This document shows positions 12,275 to 22,575 of a stretch of 64,000 nt of DNA, in pieces (the first letter of the stretch is position 1; each line of letters starts with the position of its first letter). The translations under genes and the position numbers were made by a program. The stretch is taken from assembly GCA_017654855.1 (NCBI GenBank), contig CM030334.1, positions 3,038,001-3,102,000 of the forward strand. The letters run 5' to 3'. The notes under the pieces were generated by a model that saw only the letters and a program-made list of their open reading frames with translations, searched no databases and had not been told where the DNA came from. The DNA comes from Podospora anserina (Eukaryota).

Positions 12275-15200
12275 CATCTCGAACCCAACGAAATGGAAAA
12301 TGGCAATCATGGTACAACCCGAGGAGAACAGCCTGCAGTGTGAAAAGGGGGAATGATGATGAAGAACCAACAAGCTGTAGCACGGCATTTCTTGGGAGAC
12401 AAAAGAACACCCATCACCACCCCCGGCCGCCAACGCGCATTTTCGCAAACTGATAATTCCAGAGCATATATCCGTAAGGTATGGTAGGGCAGAAGCTGAC
12501 GTTGGCCTTCTCTAGATTACGATTTACACACAACACAAGCAACCCACCGTCGTCGGTGTTGCTATCTGTCAGCAGCAGCGGCACTTTGTCCAAAATAGCT
12601 GCTGCCTCGTTTAACCACCATGCGATGCTTCGCTGTTCCTGACCATCAATTATTTTGCCTGACCGTTGGTTGACCTGCCTTACCGCCCCGGTTCTTGCTT
12701 GCGCACAAGTTGGCAACGTCATGCGCTTCACACTTCTTCGCCTTGTTGGTCTTGTTTTAGCTCCCGACGGTTGTTGGGCTTCCGTTGCTATCGGTCGGAT
12801 AACAAACACCACCTAGACTACACCGAATGAATGACGAACAAAACACGGAATCAAACGCACTCGCCCTGTTTTTTGTCCGTTGCAAGAAAACTCACCGATC
12901 AAGTCGCCGACCACCGGCCCGTTTACGTCGTTCGGACTTGCTCCCAAATCCAGTTTTCCAAATCCCCTAGGTAATATTGTTGGTGACGACGGTTGGTGAC
13001 ACCCCAAAACTTGTGTAGCAATGCATTTCCCAAGTTTACGGTGTTGACTGCGCCTCCCTTCTCCTGCAAAGTACAAAGATGAATGCGTATAGCTATAGGG
13101 CTGCCTACGAGGGAGAGAGAGAGGGTTTGTTACACCAAGTTGGATGGCCACCATGGAATTTCGCGGGCGGGCGGTTACGGATAATGTGCATCACTCCCCC
13201 GCGCCCCCGCCTGCGCCGCTGACCTTCTCCATACGCCGTATTTGGGGGTTGCTCTCTGTCGAGTCAGAGTCGTGATTCTGTATACATGACCTATAGGGCA
13301 GGGAGGTGTGATTGCGGCGGTGAGGTTCTTTTAGAAATACCGATTGTCCGAATGCTTCACACCATTACCGTCGCTCGGGAGGTTGTGCGAGGACCGAAAG
13401 GGCTGGATGGGGATTACCTATGGCCGAGAAAGGAGAGTATTGCTTACTCTTGGTCCGGGGGATGAGAGGCGCGGGGGACTGTGATAGTGGATGACGACTT
13501 CTTTGTTGGAGTGTTTGTGTTACGCATGTAGGGGGTGGTCGGTATTTGCGATTTGGCGGCGATGAGATGGCAGACAACATGCGAAGTAATAAATATGCCG
13601 CGATACCGACACCGCAACTTGTCGTGAGAATCGGTGGTGATGGTGTTGTTGTTGTTGTTGCTTGCTGCTTGGTGCTTTCCGATACCAGGCCGATGAACGG
13701 TGCTTCGCTGTCCGTTTGGGAGGGGTCGGAACGGAATCGAGGGGTTGAGATGTGTGTGGTATCGATGATAGGATACGATTAGATAGGTAGGTTGACGCGG
13801 ATGGCTGTCCTCCCGGCCGGTACACTCGGATCGCGTACTTTCAACTACACTTGTATGCGTGCTGTATGCGCTGTTGACGCTTGACTTTGACATGCAGCAG
13901 CCTTTCACCGTCAGTTTGGTTTTTGCTGGTTCGAAATTCTGACGTATGTATGTATGACAAGATGAACTCCGGCCCGGTTGAGCTTGCCCTGTTCCATCAA
14001 CAGCCAGCGAAAACCGGATTGTTTCAAAGGGTCCAAGAAACGTTACCTTGCTTGTTGGTGGTGAAAGTGTCATGCAGACCGCTTTTCGCTTTGGCTTTCC
14101 CCAGATTCTGGCGGCCGTTGCTGATTTGCTCAGGATCTTCATGTCAACTCCCGGACCGCTCCAGCCTGCGGATCAGAGGCCCACATGCTCTCCGGAAGGC
14201 GGGTCCCACCTGCAAAATGTGGAGAAACAAGGCTGCTCAGCGCTGCTTGGTTCTTTCCAAACCTTCTGCTGGACCTCTCTCCAACAAGAGTATCACCAAA
14301 AAGAAGGGTTGTGGTTGTCTGAGTAATTCCCATCATGATAAGCATACACATAACACACGTGTAAGTAAGCAAGTAAGTAAGTAAAGCAAGCAGATACCCT
14401 AGATTCCTCTATCGTCCCAGCCAGTAAAGAAGACTGCTTCGGCGCGTTTTCGGCTTCATCTCATCAAAGATACCGTCGAACGTTCCATCACGATCCGGTA
14501 GAGCTAGGAAATGCGACACGAAATTGGAAAAAAAAAAGAAAAAAAAAAGGGGAGATCAGAGCGCGAGGCCAGGGCGAGCAATGCTCGGACCCAGAAACCA
14601 CTCCCGCGTGTTTCGTGGTCGACGCGGTTCACGTCTTCCGTTTTCCCCAGTTTTTCATCTTGAAGCCACGAGTTGACGCCATGAGCTAAGCGAGAGCGAA
14701 AGCTGCGATAGACGATAAAAACCAAACTGGTGGTAAATTGGTGGCGCTGGAGGCCAAGAAAGCCCGAAAAAGAAACAGCAGAGCAGCTATCTCAATTTAC
14801 CATTTGCTCACATTGCCAGAATATTTTCGTATTCATCTCAATTGATTTTCTTCTTTTTTGCTGCCACTCATGCGTACCACCTCACCGCAAATTGTGAGGG
14901 CCTAGACAGCGCATAGCGGGAGATACCCTAATCTAGGATCCTTCGTGTCTGCACAGAGTTGCATACCCGTCAACCGCGTACCGGACCGGCTTCGTCATCC
15001 GGGCTCTCCCTATATGATGGAAAAAAGTTTGTTGGTGATGTTATCACTTCTCAGATACGCTAGCCGGTTGCTCACATTCCGGTTTTTGCTTCCGTTGGCC
15101 GGGAGGACTTCCCGTTGGCCGCCAGCAATCAGCCAGGTCTGGGATCACCAACACTACCGCGCGCCGGCAGGGCATCCGGGAATCAAGGCGGTCAAAGCGC

Positions 15201-18200
15201 GTTCAGCTCCTTCACCTCCGTGCCATGTTCGTCCAGTCTCCTCTCCCACCACCGTATCCGCCCTTCCGACCGACCGTTCAGCCAGGAACTCAGCCGTCCC
15301 AGCAATCACCCCACCCCCTATCCTATCCCTTGCCCTTGACCCTGACCCTGACCTGGTCCAACCAGAGAAACGGAATCCATGGTCAAGAAAACGGTGAACG
15401 GTCTCGGTGGACAAGGTGAACCGTGCAATGCCCACCCCATGTCCGACCATGCGGCCGGAAGCTGTCCCGGAAGCTTGCTCCGCTTGTCGGGTCTCTCAGT
15501 TGCCCTGTTTGGGACCTGTCAGGGCCTAACGGAGAATGGGATCAACACAAGATTGCAGGCAATTCATCCCGACCGACACCGAGACCGGCATTACCGGTAG
15601 CTTTTTTTTCTTGCTTTTGGGCATTGATGTCGTCGACATGTCACGCGGACACCGGCGACGACAACTCGCAATTTGAGTGTCGAGAAAGAGATAATTACTG
15701 CGAGGGGGTCATCACCACCACGAAGCGTGGGGAGGTCCCCTGAGAATTGCTTCTTGTCGCACGCATTCTCGAGGCACAGAGAAAACGGAATCCTATCCCT
15801 TGCTCCCCTCCCTATCGCCGCGGTGTGTCCAGCTTATCGGAAGGGGAAGCGCCCAGCCCGCACACACCGAGGATCTGGGAGAGTGGACCTTGTCCGGGGA
15901 ATTGAGGGTCGCTCGCGCGGGGGATTCGGGAACGCATGGGATTACAATTCCCTCATCCCTCCCATCCTCCAAATTTTCTCGCATCCCACTCCTTCCTTCC
16001 TTCTTTCTCACCTCGGTCGGGGAAGGTCGCCATTTCGCGCGACGTCGCGGGCAGGGGGGGCGGCGGCCTTCGGCGTGGGGGTGGGGGGTAGCTAGAGTTG
16101 ATAATCGGCTGGCCCAAGGGAACGGGAAAGAGAAGCAGGAAAAGGAAAGCGAAATGTTCCAAAACACCATCCCAGTCCACCAGTCCTGATAATCGATAAC
16201 CCCCACATGCATCATTCTGCGTGCTTTCGCATCTGCCTCAGGATGCCCAAAACGATGCTGCTGCCCGCTCCCACGCCTCTTGGCTTGTGAAAAGGGCCAG
16301 GAGCACCAAAACCACCGCGACCTTCCCGGTCCGGAAGCTCGGTAAGCATCGCAGCGTCGTCGCATGGGAGCGACTACTCTGGGTACGGAAAGTGTCAAAA
16401 AACTTCTCGAAGGCTGCATGGAAGGGTGGAGGTAATATCGGCCACCCGGGGACGGCTGTTTACACTCTTTCGGATGAATTTGGGCCCTAGGAGTTCTCCA
16501 CGATGCCTTGCACCTTGCAAAATCTACAACCGACGGTAAAAGGGCGCATCACATGCTTACTCCGGCGCCTCCGTCATCCTCAGACCTCAGTCAACAAGTA
16601 CCACCACCACGAGGATCAAAACGGCCGTCTCGCGTCGAGACACCCACTTCCCCAGAGTTTCACAGAACGGAGCCTAGGCTACTGGCAAAGGGACCTTTGG
16701 CCTATCCTCTCTAATCTGAGGCTGTGCGAGCATGTGTAAGACGGGACGGGGCGGTAATGTCGGTCGTGTGTCTTGCGGCTTGGATGCGGAGGTAGGTTGA
16801 AGAATGACTCAACCAACGTTCATATGTCAGCCAGGCGAATTCCTCATCACCAGACCCGGGAGCCTATACGACCTCGGGATCTGGACAGGAGCATCTGATA
16901 CGATGATGCCAACCACCAGTGTTTTCTCTTCGACATGGTGAAAGTCAAACAAAAACAGGGAAACCCGCCCATGACGCAGCTTTTGCCATTTGTTCTCCCC
17001 TTTCCCAAATGTTAAACCGAGCTTGTGTGGTCCAAGAAGTGTTGGCCCCGACGAGTTGTCAACCACACAGAACACAGATGCTCAATCTGGAAGTTTTGAC
17101 TGGATGAGGCGAAATGCCCAACTCAGCGCTCCTCGCTCCTGTCCCACCGTTGAACTGGCCCGCGATACCTATGGGGTCACAGCCTAAAATGGCTGTTGCT
17201 CCATTTCAGGCCCGACAAACCCACCCAGCCTAGATTCCCAAAAAGACACATTTTCCTCCAATGGATGGTGTAAGTGCAATTCTGGGCCCTCTCATTGGTG
17301 GTGGTGCGAGCGAGTTGGTACGGATTAGAAATGCAACGTTTCCCACCTACCCAAATCTGCAGGTTGCATCTTTTGCATTGCATATACAGCAAAAGCGAGG
17401 TACCTGCTGACCGTTGAATCGGGGCCTTTTCTCTTCGCCGGTGTCGATCCGCAGATCCGGCGATCGGTCGGTGGTGTTGGGGTTGTTAACCCCGACGGTT
17501 GATAGTCGGGCTGGTGCGGAGAGTTGTGGGGCAGTTATCGGTGCGGGGCCGACATGCGGGGCCGATGTGGACTCCGGTTTATTACACAAAGGACACATGG
17601 CGCTGGGATACGGCTGGGTCAGTTGACTCCGGGCTTGTCGGGGATGGTATTCCGAGTTGGTTCCGAGTGAGGTTGGAGTGTATCGGCGATATGTCCCACG
17701 AGGCAAACTGGCAACTGCGATTCAACTGGCAGCATTCCTCTCATCCAGGAGCAACATCGACTTTATCCCATACGTGGAACCATCTCAGCACTTCCAGAAG
17801 TAAAGCATACAGTCACTACCGGAACCATACAACATTGCTCCAGGAAACATCCCAAGTTTCATCTCACATCACCAACCCTCCTCAATCCCCTCCAAACCAC
17901 GTCCATTCAAGCAGACCAACTCCACATCTCCCTCTCTTGTACCCTCTACTTCTCCCCCCTCACATCGGAGAGATAACTAACCTTAGCTACAGCAGTCTAG
18001 CCAAAAATTCCAAGGGCGCCAATGCAAGAGATCAGATCAAACCGCGATCTCCATATGCCTGAACTCTCCTCACCTCCAATACCACCCTATCAACCCCAAT
18101 AAGAGCCCAGATCCGGGGATAAGCAAAGCTGTCACGTACAGCATCTCATACACTACCACCGTGATTCTCCTGCCTTGAGGAGGGGTAGATGTAGAACAAC

Positions 18201-20702
18201 TGCTATCTCACATTCAGGGGAGAACGTTGCTTTGGTGGTCGTTGCACATTGTGATATGATACACTTATCATCCTGGGACAAGCATTCTCCCTAAACCAAA
18301 CAAATCAGATATATCACACCTCCCAAGCTATATAACTTCCCGCGATGCCAAATTGTGATGGCGGCTATACGAGACACATAACTAAAGTGGGGCCAGGGAG
18401 GGTGGGCTTGCATGAGCGTTCAGTCATGTTATTTCATTCCTTTCCTATCATCCCTTATCCTCCAGTGTTCGCTTATTATAGTAAGTTGACTCACATTTTG
18501 TGACAAGCAAACATTATTTTCGCCGCCCGCTGGAAAATAAACAAGTAGGCATAACACGAGCTTTTTAACATTTGAGGGGGGGGAAGAAAGTGTGAGTTGT
18601 GACGGCGACAGCTTACAGGCCACAAGACAGCCAATCAGAGCTGGGGATCACTTACACGTTTTTGCTTGGCGGTGATTCGTTCGTTTTTTTGCAGGCTGCC
18701 CTTTCTTGCGATGACCCCCGCGCACACACGAAAACCTTTTGCAAATGAAAAATAGTTTACATGAGAGATATGTTTATGCCTTACCGAGCACCCCCCTTCT
18801 GGATCATGTGGAAATTCCCTCTTGTTCAGGAGCTTCTAGGCATCGGGATGTGTCGGTTTAAATGTACCGTTCCAAAGTGAGGGGTCAAAGGAGGGGGTGG
18901 GGGGGTGATAGAGAGAGAGGGAAGAAATCCCGCCGAGCACAACCCAACAACAACTGAGGGAGCAAAAGTTACACCCGCGCCACCCTCACACAAAATACCG
19001 CCGACTCGAAAAGCCAGCAAGGTAAGGCGAAGGGCCGAAGTGCGGAGGGGGGTTGTCTCTCAGGGTGTCTGGACCTAAAGAGGGGAAAACGAAACATCAA
19101 AATCTAGATTTTTGTCGTGCTTAGATCTAGGCGCGGCGGTTACGGGCGCGCGCGGGGTAGGGTAGGTTAGTGTAAAAGCACAAGCGGTGTGTTGTAAGTT
19201 CAACAATGGATGGGGATAGGTCCCCCCCCACCTCGCCTCATCTTTCCGATGCCTAGAATATCGTCAATGTCGATGTGGAAATGGGTAGGTACCAACGTTT
19301 CCAAGAAGATGGGGAACTACACAAAACGGTGAAGGGGGGGATTATTGGCAAATTAGGTTACCTGCCTTAAGAAGTCTCATCTTTAGTCTTTGATCGATCT
19401 ACCATTCCGATTCAGATTTTTCTCATCGGAAAGCGGGTAGGTACATTTGGCTTCTGGTGTGTACACAAGCCAATTTACAATTTCGTGGGGTTGGTCGGGG
19501 GTTGGGTGTACCGTGTGTTGTTGTGTGGTGCGACTTACACACACCTCTCACACTCTCCCTACCTACCCGCTGGCCCTATCCTATTCCTTGATGCCTTCCA
19601 GGTTCTTGCTGGCCTGTACCCCGCGTTTAGGTCTCGACACGCCGGCAGCAAAAGCACAGAATTGTCACACTCAACCTTCGCTCATTGGAATTTCCACAAA
19701 CGAGAGAAAGCTGGGGCAAGGTTTGCTCTTGGAAGGAGGGGCAGAAAGAGAGAAACGCACAACTGTGCCCAACTGATTGAAAGTGGAAAGCTTGATGAGC
19801 TGGCCCGGCATGGAAAAGCCCACACACACCAGAAACTTACCAAAAGGTCAGGTTTAAGGTAGGTCTCAAGGAGGTTGGGCGCTTTTTTTTTGAAGCTTCA
19901 TCAAGGCATGTCAATGAGGGAGAAATGTAATTCATCAATTAGACATTGCCAGCGAAGCTTTCTGAGGGGCAAGCATGGGGGGTAGCTTCCATCTTTGAGC
20001 AGAGCTGGAGATTACCAACCGATTTGATATTGGTCGTCGTCGTAGAAACCAGGCGTGGTGTGGGTTTGAGGGAGAAAGAAAACGGTGCTGCAATGTCATG
20101 TTGCCCCTCCATTTTGGGAATGCACGACTGCCCTATCTACCTATGCTGCGGGCCGGTGGACTTTGCTGCTGGAGTTTGAGAAAAAGGTGAGGATTGAGGC
20201 TGAGCAGGTATCGTGGTATTCGCTGTCGAAGGGTCTGGTGATACTCTCGCCATCTTGGCCGCTCGAGATATGTGCCCAAGCAAGGCAACCCACGGGCGCC
20301 TCGCCGAGCCACGCCACCGCGTGGTTTTTAGCATCTAGGCAGCATCTGACTGTGATAGTCTCAGTGGTATAGTAGTTCAATTTGCCTGAACAAATCAGAC
20401 TATATTTGGGAGGGATATCTGCTACAGAGCCCAAGGTGAATGACGAGTGATGTCATTGGGGACCTTGATGAAAACTAAACAATGGATAGTATCCAAATCT
20501 CCACCTCGAACATCTCCACCGCAACCACCACCAAACAGCATAAGACAAAGACTCACAGTCAGTAAATTATAAGCATCAGACTGAGGAAATAATAAGATAT
20601 GCCTCATTCAGGCATCAGGCAAATTGCAAGCTTCTTGTGGCCTGGTTTGGCGTGATACTCGAAGGTAAGAGGGGGCCGAAAGGTCATGGCAAAAACATCA
20701 AA

Positions 20703-20757
20703 ACATACAACACCGGGGATTCCCCAGTGGTCACCCACCTGCGTACTGATCCGGCGG
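20703..20757 (-). pseudogene. 5'-truncated 5S rRNA copy (3' ~55 nt only)
   Basis: Near-identical to the 3' halves of the 5S genes at 7165 and 27413 (plus strand acatacaacaccggggattccccagtggtcacccacctgcgtactgatccggcgg), with T-runs downstream. The 5' half (gagagcggacgggatcccg...tatggtcgtatgt) is absent. Confidence 0.9.
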
Positions 20758-21436
20758 CTATGTAACATGACTGCGAGGATGGGCAACTCCAAACAAGGTA
20801 TATTGTTTACTTCAAAATGTGGAAGAAAGCGTGCCGCTAAACGGTTTGTTAGTGGACAGGCTGGCCGTCGCAACCGTTACAGAGAATACAGACACACTCC
20901 CACCACAGTGTTAAAGCGGGTGGAGATGTGTTCAGATGGAAATGTGCGTTCAAATCGCGCCAGCAGCTCTCGCCCGGTTTATGATTGCATGCGGCCCGAC
21001 GCAATCCCGCAAAATCCCTTACTCAGCTTGCCGTGACTTGCCAGCCAGCATCAGTCACCTCTCTGTGCCTCCATCCATAATTTTATGTAGCACAACGGGT
21101 CGATCGGAGCCCGCAATTTAATTGTTTGAAGGCGTGATCGGAAAAGAGGAGAAGCAACTTCGGAGCCTTATGGCCACCCTATAGGAGCCTGAAATGCCAC
21201 TATGCCTCAGGCTGATATAGCGCCTTGGGACGAACCCTATCCAGAACCTCGTGAAAGAGATACATAGTTGAAGGTAACTTCTATATGCACCTCTTAAAAG
21301 CAGAAGATATGTCGGGGGTTATAGAACAACTGAGGGTTGCAGGTGGAGGTGGTGCATCTCGTGGAAAGTGGTGCACTAGCTTATCAGGCACGTGAAATAC
21401 TTCACAAACTACCTAAAATAAACCGAAAGAATGTTA

Positions 21437-22575
21437 CTTGATTAGTGCCGTCGATCCACAACTGTCCTGAGCCTTAATATCCGCTCCGTTGTCGATGAGG
21501 AGCCGCGCGATAGCCTCGTGGCCATACCGTAAGGCTAAAATCAGTGCCGTTGATCCATAATCATCCTGAGCCTCGATATCCGCTCAGTTATCGATGAGGA
21601 GCCGCGCGATAGCCTCGTGGCCATTCTCTGAAGCCAAAATCAGTGCCGTCGATCCAGAACTATCCTGAGCCTCAATATCCGCCCCGTTGTCGATGAGGAG
21701 CCGCGCGATAGCCTCGTGGCCATACCGTGAGGCCAAAATCAGTGCCGTTGATCCAGAATTGTTACGAGCCTTAATATCCGCTTCGTTATCGATGAGGAGC
21801 CGCGCGATAGCCTCGTGACCATACCGTAAGGCCAAAATCAGTGCCGTCGATCTAGAACTATCCTGAGCCTTAATATCCGCTCCGTTGTCGATGAGGAGCC
21901 GCGTGATAGCCTCGTGACCAAACTGTGAGGCCAAAATTAGTGCCGTCGATCCAGAACTATCCTGAGCCTCAATATCCGCCCCGTTGTCGATGAGGAGCCG
22001 CGCGATAGCCTCGTAGCCATACCGTAAGGCTAAAATCAGTGCCGTCGATCCAGAACTATCCTGAGCCTTAATATCCGCCCCGTTATCGATGAGGAGCCGC
22101 GCGATAGCCTCGTGGCTATACCGTAAGGCTAAAATCAGTGCCGTTGATCCAGAATTGTTACGAGCCTTAATATTCGCTTCGTTATCGATGAGGAGCCGCG
22201 CGATAGCCTCGTGGCCATACTGTGAGGCTAAAATTAGTGCCGTCGATCCAGAACTATCCTCAGCCTTAATATCCGCCCCGTTGTCGATGAGGAGCCGCGC
22301 GATAGCCTCGTGGCCATACCGTGAGGCCAAAATCAGTGCCGTTGATCCATAATAATCCTGAGCCTCGATATCCGCTCCGTTATCGATGAAAAGCCGCGCG
22401 ATACCCTCGCGGCCATTCTCTAGAGCCCAGTGAAGTGGCCTACATCCTCTCCCATCGACTTTGTCAGGGTCTGCCCCGTTGTCGATGAGAAGGCGCGCGA
22501 TAGCCTCGCGGCCATTCTCTAGAGCCCGGTGAAGTGGCCTATATCCTCTCCCATCGACTTTGTCAGGGTCTGCCC
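21437..22575 (-). repeat. Tandem array of highly conserved 99-bp ankyrin-coding repeats
   Basis: The unit tcgatgaggagccgcgcgatagcctcgtggcc...aaaatcagtgccgtcgatccag recurs every 99 bp. The array continues past the ORF stop at 21584-21586. Confidence 0.95.

Noticed and set aside
13171-19145. GGCGGTTACGG occurring twice in the gene-poor region (about 13171 and 19135), a possible Zn2Cys6 CGG-N3-CGG site
   Set aside because: Two copies of an 11-mer are not enough evidence without conservation data.
21437-22575. Regularly spaced repeats superficially like a CRISPR array
   Set aside because: Contiguous 99-bp in-frame ankyrin units with no spacers, in a eukaryotic genome with no cas genes.
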